The position numbers were made by a program, and so were the translations under genes. The notes under the pieces are model-generated. The model made no database searches and was not told the origin of the DNA. It saw only the letters and a list, made by a program, of their open reading frames with translations. A stretch of DNA of 64,000 nucleotides. Source: Antedon mediterranea. Lineage: Eukaryota; Animalia; Echinodermata. Below, piece by piece: positions 52,324 through 64,000 of the stretch. Numbering within the stretch: the stretch's first letter is position 1; every line of letters begins with the position of its first letter. The stretch covers positions 30,120,388 to 30,184,387 of the forward strand of contig NC_092670.1 in the NCBI RefSeq assembly GCF_964355755.1, in the 5' to 3' direction.

Positions 52324-53099
52324 TTAAAACAAGCATCATCACTACAAACCTTTAAATCAACATTTTGGACAAACTTAGATGATTGCACAATCACTATTGC
52401 ACCACCTAATAGCATGTACTGCCAAGTCATGGGCTTCAATTTAATGCAGCAATCGATTTATGTATATTAATATATGGATGTTGGTTTGTTTGTTTTTTCG
52501 TCATTATTTGTTCAGTTTTGTGAAGTTAATAAATAAAAAAAAAAATTAAAAAAAATAAATAAATATATAAAGCAAATTTAGTTAAGTATGATGTTTGCAC
52601 ACCGAGGGACGCACTCCCTGGCGCATATGCCCATGTGGTCCTTCGTCAGTATTCATCCAGATCCAGATATAGGCCTAGGCTATATTTCGTTAGTCGATGA
52701 ATTTTTGAATTCATGTATGAATGCTTGATCCATTAGAGGTAATCTGTGATGGCGCTAGTAAAACTGCTATGCGTGGGTAATTTGTGAATTACGTAGTAGG
52801 CTACATACACGAGCCTAGATAGGGAAGATCTGTACTGCCGTTCATTGTGAGAGGAGGGGAATAAATGTAAATGTGTCATGATAATGTAACAAGCCAGAGA
52901 TGAAATAAAATCACAAATATATTTAGCTGATTGTTTTTTCAAAATTGAGATTATTGTCTTAAAGCTCAGGAACAGGCATGAATATAATATCTGGTTAATT
53001 GTACATATATCAAATATTTTAAACAGAAATCAAGAGGAAGACCTTTTTTCAGTAGTTAGGTAGTTTAACCTACTGTGTAATAACATGTCTGGTGACTCC

Positions 53100-53561
53100 T
53101 GTGATAGGTTTGTCAAACGGAAGTGAGCCCTCTAGAGTAAAAGAGGTGAGAGGAATAAAGATGGACGACAACTACAACGTGTTTAATTTTGTTATGTTCT
53201 TATTGTTGGTTTCAGCCTAACGAGCGAGCCCGTAACACGGTCCATAGAAGGTGAAAAAAGATGGTGGATATACGGTGGATAATTTTTGCTATAGCAATGA
53301 AAATTTTAAAGAAGCAGTTGAAGTAAATTCATATCAACGACCTGTTAAAATAACTACTGTATAAGAAAAGACTTAAGATGTTATAGTAAACAGTTATAAG
53401 TTTAATCATATCAAACTTTCTTTAAGTGGGGGTGTGTGATGAGTTTGTCACACGGAAGTGAACCCTCTAGAGTAAAAGAGGTGAGAGGAATAAAGATGGA
53501 CGACAACGTGTTTTGTTATGTTCTTATTGTTGGTTTCAGCCTAACGAGCGAGCCCGTAACA
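53100..53561 (+). mobile_element. Miniature LTR-element remnant (two ~130-bp LTRs)
   Basis: LTRs 53100-53237 and 53435-53561 (TGTGAT...CCCGTAACA), PPT-like AAGTGGGGGTG, 4-bp TSD CTCC. Confidence 0.8.
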
Positions 53562-55429
53562 CTCCATAGAAGGTGAAAAAAGATGGTGGATATACGGTGG
53601 ATAATTTTTGCTATAGCAATGAAAATAAAAATCTGAAGTTCAATAAAAACACCAGAAATGTAAAATTCAAGTTACTAGATGGTCGTGCCCACAGATGGTT
53701 CTCGAATACACAGTAATTTCAGCGTAACAAAACTGGCGATTTCAAATGTACGTATACCGCAGGACTATAATACATTGTCGTTTACAGAAACAAATAAATA
53801 GACACGATGATTTATGTAGTCAACTAAAATTAGCACCCTGGGGATTACTTCCGAAGGAGAAACTTATCACAAAATGAGTCCAAATTGTTGATTTGGACTC
53901 ATTTAAAGAAATCCAATTTGTGTTTTGTATGTAACATTAGGGTTGAGGGATGGGAAAGCGGATAGGTACAAAGAGGAACAATTTTTAAATATTTTCTTTA
54001 TCCACTCCCTTACGAAATATTTTTTGTTTTATAGGCCTATAAATAATATACCTCTCAATACAGTAAAACATTTGCGATTTAATAATTTGTTTATTTTATT
54101 TATTTATTTATTTATTTCTTTTAAATATTCATTGTACACTAACTTTCCCCGTGTATGGCAAGAGATTCTTAATTATATTAGAGAACATTCTTTATTCAGT
54201 TTAGTTAAAACTGTCACTGTCATAATCGATTGAAATATTAAAGTACATGTCACGATACACCACTACGACGTTTATTTTTGGTAGTTATTAATTAATACAA
54301 ACGTTGAGAAAGAACTGTCAGTATAAAGTTTATTTGTATATAATAATGTGTTTATATATCTAACAGTAGAGCCTATCCACAATCTCAGTAATAACGTTTT
54401 TTTGTATATATTTTTATATTACATCTAACAGTACGAACATTCACAGTAAGAAATGTTCGATTCAAATGAGGACCAAAAATAGTTAATAGGTATTTACAGT
54501 ATTGTCAAAGTATTGCAAGTTTATTCTCAAAGGGCCCATATATTTACCTACCGTATGTGTTAAACCAAGGGCTCATAAATTTACCTACTTGTGTTAAACC
54601 AAACTCTGGCAGACTGAGAGATTGGGATGTTCCATTCATCGCAAATCAATACATTTGTATAATCGTATATTAAATCTATCAAAATAGTATTTTTTTAAGA
54701 AAATCGGCCTGTCTTCAACATTATGATGGTGTACTCTAGCTGTTCAACCGGTTTTCAGCTATTAAAAACAATTATCGTAGGAGGAGATAGGAAAATGCGA
54801 AGCCTCCTCGCATTTTTGTGGCGGGTATTTTTCAAGATGGACATCCATTAGACAGTGTATACCACGATCGGAAAACACCCCTATTTGGGGAAAATCGTTG
54901 AACCTAAATTCGTTTTAATCGTCAATAACTAATTATCTAACTTAATTTAATTAGTAAACAGGGTTACATCAGGTGGTTAAAATCAGTACCGAAAGTACGA
55001 ACCAACTTTATATACCATCGAGTAAAAATTCTAGAAGTAAGGCGCGATTTACCGAATTTTGCCCTTACGTAAATTTATATATAGATATTACCTATATTTA
55101 GTCATCTGATAACATTTTACCACATTGTTTATTTTTCATAGCTTTTTAGAATGTCTCTCTATTTACAAAATGTGTGTACAAAAGAATAGAGATTTTATTG
55201 TGTAATTTGAACTATAAGAAAGTGCTTATTTTCAACAAGCTTGTGTAACACAAATAAAATCGCAAAAATTATGAAACATAGAGTAACTATAGATCGATAA
55301 TTATTGGAATGCCCGCACCTGGCCTTTAAATGACTTTTGAGGTTATAATCTATCATTTAAAGTTAACAGCTACTAAAAAAATTTTCTATAAATAAGGCGC
55401 GAAAACAGTAAAAAAATTAAAATCCCATG

Positions 55430-56195
55430 GTTCATCCACTCCTGCTTCTACAAATGGGTCTATCAATCTTGGTGATTTGGTATTCTTGTATGGAGACCGG
55501 GACAAAACCAAACCTCGTGATAAGTATATGGTGGTAAAAATCTCGGACGACCGCTGTCAACTTCGTAAATTTACTAAGTCACAGTTCCGTTCCAAGTCAT
55601 ACGATGTCCGAATCTCAGATTGCTATCGTGTACAACCAACATTGTTGTTGCATTCACCTAAAGATCTCATTCGAGGTTTACCTAACGATCCAGACTCTGA
55701 TTCCGACTCGCACGTTGACAACACCACTCCACCAGTAGCTTTAACTTCACCGCCTGTCGAATTATCTTCTGAAACTTACACTTTTAATGGCAGTCCCCAA
55801 CGTCGTTCTACTAGAAACAAACAGCCGCCTAGATGGCAAAACACTGGAGAATGGGTATTTCACCCTTAGACTTTGCATTTGTTTTTACAATTGGACTTTG
55901 TTTTGTTTTTCCTTTATTCTGTTTTTGAAAGAAATGTGGAAGGAAGAGGCGTTGCGCCATCAATCACGTCCTCGTGAGTTATCGTTGTTACTGTGCACCA
56001 CCTTGCGCCCTATCGAAGGACATTGTTTACATATAGAGTTAGTTTGTTCATGTTACATTATATATTGTTTCGGTTGATATTATATTCGTTTATACATTAA
56101 AGTGTTCATATCTTCTTAAAGTTGATGAGTCTTTAATTAATGCCGTTGATAGTAAAACGAAGATACGTTCTTGTCTGGTTATTAGGTATTCATAC
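55430..56195 (+). mobile_element. 3' remnant of an LTR retrotransposon (pol C-terminus, PPT, probable LTR)
   Basis: GDLVFLYGDRDKTKPRDKY..RRSTRNKQPPRW, followed by purine tract GGAAGGAAGAGG. Confidence 0.6.
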
Positions 56196-56281
56196 AGCGA
56201 TGAAGCGGAGGATTTTTTTGTAGCGTTCCATTTAAAATAAATTTTGTTACAAAGAAATATTTTGGTTGTGAAGGTCGTTAA

Positions 56282-56486
56282 AGCCTGTTTTCCTGTCTAC
56301 GTTAGTCGACGCTATCGTTAACAATAATCGGCGATCTTCTACGTAAACATTGAAATGTTAACGATTTACAGGAAAAGGTACTCGCTATCGTTATCATTTC
56401 AACTTGATCGTTTTCAAACGATCGTCGTTGAACTGTTAACGATCAACGACGATAGCGTCGAATAACGTCGACAGAGAAAACAGGCT
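56282..56486. mobile_element. Palindromic MITE
   Basis: AGCCTGTTTTC...GAAAACAGGCT flanked by TTAA on both sides. Confidence 0.8.
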
Positions 56487-56779
56487 TTAATTCGTTGGCG
56501 CTAGAATTACTTCTTTTACCAATTTTAACAATTAAGCTAACATCAACATTCAACAATGATAAAATGTCCTGCAACTCTGTAACTACTTTATGACTAAGCC
56601 TATCAAGTTCCGGGTCCGGATGGATATTTACTCAATTTTAATTTAGTGGCAGAAACAACATTTAGTATGAAATTAAGGGTGTTGTCCGGGCCACTAGGGC
56701 AACACCCCTGGGTCCGCCCCTGATCCTTATTCATTTAATGATCAGAAATTCTTAGATATTTTAACTACATCTGTCCATG

Positions 56780-57445
56780 TGAATACAGAAAAAAGCATGT
56801 TGAGATGCCACTGCCATTTAAAGCCAGACCAGAATTGTCTGATAACAAATGTATGGCCCTACACAGACTGCAGTTGTTTGAAGAAAAGACTTATAAAAGA
56901 CAAGATCTACTTTATTAAGCACTATAAAGGTTTTATGAAAGCTGTTATAAAAAATGATGATGCAGAAATTGTGTATGCTGATGATATGATGAAAGGTGGT
57001 TAGTACATACCTCATCACGGGGTGTACCATTTTCAAAAAACTAAATAAACTACGCGTTGTATTCGACAGTTTTGCAAGATTTAAAAATACTGTACGTCTT
57101 TAAATGACCATTTATTAACAGGACCATATTTGACCAACACACACTAGTAGGAGTGTTATGTCGATTTAGACAGGAAGATATAGTCGTCATGTGTGACATA
57201 GGACGAATGTTCTATCAATTTCATGTAAACGATGAATATACAGACTACTTACGTTTCTTATGGTGGGGGACAAGGGTAATATTAACACAGAACCATTAAT
57301 ATATAGAATGAAGGTTCATATTTTTGGAACTGGATCCTCTCCAGGCTGTGAAAATGTTGGTCTCAAGCACATAGCAGATTTGTATTGTAAACCAGACCAA
57401 CAAGATGCAAAGGAGTTCAATTTTTATGTTGATGATGGATTCACT
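56780..57445 (+). mobile_element. BEL/Pao retrotransposon RT fragment (pseudogenised)
   Basis: LPFK, YIPHHGVYH, LRVVFD, SLNDHLLTGP, CRFRQE, DIGRMFYQ, YLRFLW, HIFG..SSP, FYVDDG across frameshifts. Confidence 0.88.
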
Positions 57446-57609
57446 CAGTATTTATTTAATTCTACTCAGTTTTTACTTGGGTTTACTCAGTATAGCCTAT
57501 ACTTAATTTTACTTAGTTTTTACTTTTATGTTGATGATGGATTCACCAGTATTTATTTAATTTTACTCAGTTTTTACTTGGTAATCTTCAACTGCAAAAA
57601 AATCTAATA

Positions 57610-58028
57610 TACGAAAAGCATACCATATTACTTAGAAGAACATCTTTTATTTACAATGGACCGTATATATGGAACAACTTACCGCTCAATCTAAAAGCAA
57701 TAACCATCATAAATACATTTAAAACAAAATACAAACAAAGACTTATTTCAAACTATTTAGAACATTAGTAATTCACAATTGCCTTAAGACTGTTTTTTTT
57801 TTCTTTTTTGTGCCTTTTTGTTTAATTTTATTTGTCAATTTGACGAAAGAAAGAAGTTTGTTTTTGTTCTCTCACTTAAATTAAATAATTAAATATTATA
57901 TTAATTATCTGGAGGACCAAACTTAAAGCCTTGGCTTATTGCGTCCTCCTCACACAATTGTATTTATTAATTTATGTTACTGTTCTATTGTATTGTATTG
58001 TGTGAAACAATAAACTTGAACTTGAACT
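57610..58028 (+). mobile_element. LINE 3' end fragment (L2/Crack-like)
   Basis: WNNLP..FKTK motif, AATAAA and an (ACTTGA)n tail. Confidence 0.55.
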
Positions 58029-59664
58029 GGTTTCACTCCGTATTTACTTAATTTTACTCAGTTTTTGCTTAATTTTATTTAAAAAAAAAAATAAAAAAAT
58101 GTGTTTCCCACTTGCGGCGCGCTTTACGGGAAACAAATGTTACAAGCGACAAGATGATCTATCGTGTTGAGATTGGTTAAATCGTTTGCCCGCGCTGACG
58201 CGTCCTATGTTGCCTCCAAGTGGGAACCAAGCTTTACATTGTACAGAGTGGTGAAATCTTTACAGTTGCCACTCAATAAGTACACAAAATGTCACAGTCG
58301 TGCGAATAGTGCAGCACCACGTTCTGGTACACCACCCAAAATAAAAAGCGCATACACATCGTGTTGAAGACCGTCTCCGTGACTATGCATATGATAGAAG
58401 TGTTCAGCGGTAAAATAACAAGATTATGTTATATGATGAATCCAAGTAAAAGCTGCATCCGGGCATCTAACCAAGAACAAAGCATCCATTTAAACGTATT
58501 TGAATGTACGTCGTTTATTATAACTGAACCGATAATGATAACTTATAACCGACTCTGCCATCATTCAAGTACATTTCCAGTATTTTAGCTAATTAATTAC
58601 CACCAACCACTGCCGTATTATAGCTTTTCAGACATCAATCCCACTATTCACAAATTAAAGTATTTCACAAAAATATCAGAATTTATTTGTTCATTTTCTG
58701 AGAGCAGTGTAAAAGTATAGTTATTCTCATACTGCCTTATATAATATATAATACATATTAATCTTATACTACAGACTACAAATATATAAAACATGAAATA
58801 TTGTACTTATTTACAAGCTTTAAGAAAATAAACTGTATACATGCCTTATAATCAAAAACATAACTTTACATAATACATTATTTACACTGTGGGCCAGCAC
58901 GTTTTGTTAGATAATTGGAACTAGTGGAAAGTACTGAACAGATAAGCATAAGCCTGCGACTGTCTTTCCATTATTAAATCAAGAAAGACATTTCATGAAT
59001 TTCCTAAAACAAGGAATCCGCATTATACATATATTTAAAAAAATGATAAATGACCAAAGATAAAATATACTTGAAACTCTATATTTTTTCATGAAATCTT
59101 TTTTTTTTTCTTTTTTTTTGTACTGTAATTGATAACTTGTGTAATAGTATAATAGTTTTGTAGTAAGTAACAGCCTTGTGAAAAACACCAATATGGTGAT
59201 TCAAGTGTTGCATCCGTTTTTAAATAAAGGTGTTATTATTATTATTATTATTATTGCTATCTTTGTAGCTAGCATTTTGATAAAAAAATGTATAAACTTT
59301 TTGATTGTCTAGTGTCAATACAAGCATTATTTCCACCATTTCAGTGATGTTGACACAAAATAATCTGAATTTTACTACCTCACATTTAGTATATTTATGT
59401 TTTTAAAAAATAACTTAAACATTTACAGGTACATCGATATACATTTCTTTTCTTTAACTGTTTTATTTATAAGAGTCTATTAAAAGAAATCAAAATAAAT
59501 GCTTCAATTACATTATTTAGAATTATGAAAGGAAATGGTTCTTTATACATTTTAAAAAGTAACCAGCGATGAAAGTGAATGTGATAGAAATATTTTAATA
59601 TTACAACAGGTCAGATACAAAAAACAACTTGTCAATGATTATGACACTAGATCAGATACGAAAG

Positions 59665-60045
59665 AGATCGCAATATATCAGAAACATGAAAGGGAAATTT
59701 TCAATATTCTGACAAATCAGAAACTTGAAAGGAAAACTGTCACTATTCTGAAAACAAATCAAAAACATGAAAGGAAAACTGTCACCATTCTGACAACAAA
59801 TCAGAAACATGAAAGGAAAACTGTCAGTTCCTTGACAACATATCAAACATGAAAGACAAATTGTCACTATTCTGACAACAGATCAGAAACATGAAAGACA
59901 AATTGTCACTTCCTTGACAACATATCAAACATGAAAGACAAATTGTCACTATTCCGACAACAGATCAGAAACATGAAAGACAAATTGTCACTTCCTTGAC
60001 AACATATCAAACATGAAAGACAAATTGTCACTATTCTGACAACAG
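59665..60045. repeat. ~38-bp minisatellite in the presumed integrin 3' UTR
   Basis: ATCAGAAACATGAAAGACAAATTGTCACTATTCTGACAACA variants. Confidence 0.9.
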
Positions 60046-60175
60046 AACCCAACCCCAACCCATATATTGATAGCATACTATCAATATCATGAAAGATAAC
60101 ATTGTTAATATTTATTTCGAAAACACATCAGAATCATGAATTGTTAATATTTATTTAGAGAAAATATAATATTTA

Positions 60176-60348
60176 AAATTGTCCCTATTTTAACAATGTA
60201 GCAGAACCATTAAATTAAAGCTAACTTGTTACAACAAATTGTCCCTATTTTAACAATGTAGCAGAACCATTAAAGCTAACTTGTTACAACAAATTGTCCC
60301 TATTTTAACAATGTAGCAGAACCATTAAAGCTAACTTGTTACAACAAA
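60176..60348. repeat. ~55-bp tandem triplication
   Basis: AAATTGTCCCTATTTTAACAATGTAGCAGAACCATTAAAGCTAACTTGTTACAAC x3. Confidence 0.92.
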
Positions 60349-60372
60349 AGTATGAAATGCAAATTATTGAAT

Positions 60373-63300
60373 CTATTTTGAAAACATATCAGAATCATGA
60401 AAACTGTTAGACCAGATTTCTTCAATGGCCTGCCTTGAAGTAAGGCCTTCTCTCTCATATTTGTCATCCTCTATCAACTGATCTAATTCTTCCTTATGTT
60501 TCCTGTGAAAGAACCCAACCTGTGAAGAATACAGACAACCCTAGTATTAAATACAATTATACATACAATCTATAAGTTTAAAAATTACCTATTATAAAAA
60601 TTTAGAAAAGTAAATATAAATCATTTCTTTTATACAGTATGTAAACAAGTGTGTTTACATAATAATACACTAATATGTTGAGGGAGTATTATCTCAATTG
60701 GCTACATATAATATATAATATAAAAAATTAATCTGTGACTCTGACAGAGTGTTCTAGATGGCATATAATAAATAAATGCCGATTCAAAATATGCGGGCCT
60801 TTGAGTTGTTAATGAAGGCTTGTTTGACCATTCCAACATTATGATCCTGGTTTTATACTACCTTAAATTCACACTACAATATTTATTTTGTATAGAAGGG
60901 GAGGGATGTTTGTAGGCTGTGCCTAGTTTGACCAAAAAGTGTGATGTGCCCAAATTATGGTAGTGATTTAACATAATCATGTCCATATAGAGGTACAAAA
61001 CATTTTCTTTTTCACATAAAGTTTCATAGAGTAGACAGAGTTTTAGATTATTCTCTAATCTTTTATCCGAGTTCATGTGTGCCCAATTAATCATAGTGGT
61101 AGAGAACCATAATTATAGTCCATATGGTAGGTGTGAGAATTTACTTCAAAACTTACCTTTCTCAGAATAAAAACAATTAAAATAAGACTAATCAAGCCAA
61201 CTAGAACACTACTGATTATAATCCAGAATGGAAGTTTGGTATCACCAGTCACAGCTTCTTCAGTGTACACAGTAGTGCTAACCTGCAATGAAAAATAATC
61301 CATGATCGGTTTGGAATAAGATTTGGGAAGCACAGACCTCAGTCTTCAGATAAATGTTGGAGTTTCCTGTCTCACTCTAAGATTCATTTATTAGGTTATA
61401 TGCATTAATGCATATAACCTCTTGATTCTGTCAAAATCTTTATTTATTTATTTATTTATTCTTTCCTTAGCACTATTTTGTCCGTGAATTATCTTGGCAT
61501 CAGTTTCATCTAGCTAAGTCAACTTTTCAGATTTTACGAAATCACGTTTGTAATCATATCTTCACAAGCATGAATCACAATTAAACAAAATTTGGTACTC
61601 ATAAATTTCAGGTCATATTTCATCATATGGCAATACAATTACGTGCGTAGCGCATATAACGCTTGCGTACGCGCGCTTAAAATGTTCAAAATTGTCAAAA
61701 TTTATTTTCGATTTTTATGGCAATTTCCATGAGTGCGTCGATTTTTGCACGCGCACTGCTCGTTAAACGTTAATGCGCACTCTTTTTGCCCGATTTCTGT
61801 TTTACAATCTTTCTTTAATAATATCATCATATTTGATTCACGTTTCAACTCGAAATTGCGTTATACGAGCACGTCAAAAGTGACTGGCTACGCACGTATA
61901 AGTTAACAAAATGGTGAAAATATACTAAATTTAAAATTAATATATATCGTCAGAATGCAGGGGAACACCTATTTTTTATTTCATTTTGTTGAAGTTTATG
62001 TTTCATATGTATGATTTATTATCAAATTAAGAGAACAAAAGTTGATTAAGTCATCATTAATTGCATATTAAATTTTTTTTAAAATAATTTCGACAATCAA
62101 ACAAATTATGACATTTTCTTAGGCCAAAATAACAAACTTAACATTAACTTTCTTCCTTCCAAAGTTCATATATTAAAGTTAAAAGTATATAGTTTGACAG
62201 TGCATCATTTGTTTACATTTTAAAGATGTCATCATAGTAAAAAATTATAATTCATTGCGGTATGTAATAATCTATTTGCACCAAACTGGTTACTGCATAG
62301 TAAATACACGGAGGAATTTTTCTACAACTTTTAGTCAGTTGTGTATGGCTCGATGGTCTGTGCTCGTGTCTATGGCATTCAAGGTAACGAGATCGAGTCT
62401 CACCTTGGGAAACGAAATAAGATTTTTTTTTTATTATCCGTATTGTTTGTTAAAATTTATTTCTTAGTGTATAGATTATACACATGATTTATAATGAAAT
62501 CTAGATAAAAATTAACTTATGTCTTTATTATTATGTAACAACAAATGTGGTTTATGACATTATACGCATATGGATCTTTGATCGGATTGTGATACCGGCT
62601 ATGGTGGTCACGTTAGCAAGGCCAGGTCCTATCATATATTATAAATAATTAAAGATTCTGAGAAAATCAATCAATCAATATATCTTTTAAAAATCAATTA
62701 TCTTTATTTAAATCAATGCATATAACCTATAATTCGTCATAGTGACGAATTAAATCTAGTTCGATATTGTTTTGGATATACGAAAAACAAAAGCAAAAAT
62801 TTACTTTTGGTTAAACTAAAGTTAAAAATACATTGGTGGCACATTTTTCACAATGCACATAGCCATATACGACGATTGGAAAGGGCTGGCATATTAAACG
62901 GTTCTCATTTGTGTAAATTGGCCTTTAGGGTACATAAGAATAGTGACTAAGTTAATGAATATGATACAACACCTAATTAATGATGTCAAATGTCTTGAAG
63001 TAATAGTTGTAGACTTACTGTTGCTATATTTGGCTTATGGTTCAGTGGTTCAATATGCTGATTGAGGGCATCATCTACAAAGATCTCTGCTGTTGTCAAA
63101 ATCTCTGCTAAGCCCAGATTCAACTACAATTAAAATGTTTTTTTATTAAGTTAGTGTAAGTAAAATCAAATTATCTGATCAGATATATCAGGTTGTTGTT
63201 CGTCTTTTTTTATCATAAATTTCACAATGAATAAGAAAATGGCAGGGGCAAAGGGTATGACACATGAAACAAAAAGTTTGCTCCTTGGTTGTATTCTGAC

Positions 63301-63549
63301 TTAAACTGATTACAAACTGATGACAATAACTTTATTCCTTTTGAGTTGATTTTGAGATAAAATTCATTATGTAATTAAAAAAAGCATTACTTAATTTGTC
63401 TGCCTAACATTTTTTTATTGAAATAAACTTCTTACTGAAATGAAGGAATGTTCCCAAATACGGGCATAAATCCGTACAATGAGGTAGGCATCAATTGGCA
63501 TAACATCTACATTACATACAAGGGTAACACACTCTGCTGTATTACAATT
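60373..63549 (-). CDS. Integrin alpha subunit, last four coding exons (gene continues beyond the window)
   Basis: Phase-0 GT-AG exons 63549-63436 (NCNTAECVTLVC..YARIWEHSF, calf-2-like), 63123-63019, 61282-61157 (LPFWIIISSVLVGLISLILIVFILRK, TM) and 60519-60373 (VGFFHRKHKEEL...MFSK*). KVGFFHR matches the integrin-alpha KxGFFKR motif. Confidence 0.92.
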
Positions 63550-63689
63550 CTGAAATTTAAAAAACATATCAAATGTATAAGCTTTACACTAGAACCACTT
63601 TGCACCCAATGCATTTTTGTTTGTAATAATAAAAAAGTTTTCTTTTAACTTAAAATCTTTATTTGAATTTGCTGCATAACCATTAGGGG

Positions 63690-64000
63690 ATGTCAATCAT
63701 TCTGCAAATCCCCAGAAACCTTGATATCTTCCACCCATTTTCAAACACAAACCATCATAACTTCTGCAACTCCTGATGCAGAAACCATCCTAACATTCCA
63801 AATACAATCCATCCAAACTTTTGCAACTCCCAACCATCCTAAATTCCACACCCCTTCAAACACACAACATCCTAACTTCTGCAACACAATCTTAAAACTG
63901 TTATAACTCACCATTCTAAAATCACCCCAAACTATTCCACCTTTTTTCACACACAAACCACCCTAACATCACTCTACAACTCTCAGTCAGAAACTGTCTT
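63690..64000. repeat. Degenerate C/A-rich tandem repeat in an integrin intron
   Basis: Recurrent AACCATCCTAACTTCTGCAAC-like units. Confidence 0.6.

Larger units (their letters stand above)
47090..52565 (+). mobile_element. CR1-group LINE remnant interrupted by nested insertions
   Basis: 47090-47830: VPHDWKQANVTALFKKG, NYRPVSLT, QHGFRQGHSCESQL. Resumes at ~51365: SGVPQGTVLGPLMFLLYIND, YLGV, SFFPRTVRAWN. A-rich tail at ~52530-52565. Confidence 0.85.

Noticed and set aside
62805-62921. Candidate extra integrin exon with AG/GT-like ends on -
   Set aside because: The frames I read hit stops, and the flanking phase-0 exons already join cleanly.

Overview
AT-rich, intron-rich animal genomic DNA. 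An invertebrate such as an echinoderm is my guess from the TE repertoire and abundant TAGGCCTA; the taxon cannot be established from the window. The main content is a head-to-tail pair of paralogous multi-exon genes on +. Copy 1 is 5'-partial (681-11873). Copy 2 is complete (19 exons, 15212-38086, 1098 aa by my exon assembly). They encode an unusual receptor: signal peptide, LRRNT, about 16 LRRs on small phase-2 exons, Cys-rich CxxC-P-xG repeats, an approximately 9-TM non-rhodopsin membrane domain, and a short acidic tail with an EPVRLL dileucine signal. The 3' end of an integrin alpha gene lies on - (60373-63549, continuing past the window). Introns and intergenic DNA are packed with TEs: Academ-like, EnSpm/CACTA, MULE-like foldbacks, MITEs, Gmr1-like Gypsy, BEL/Pao, Penelope, and Rex1/CR1/L2 LINEs, plus minisatellites. 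I found no CRISPR array, rRNA or credible tRNA gene. All family names come from motif recall, not from database searches.
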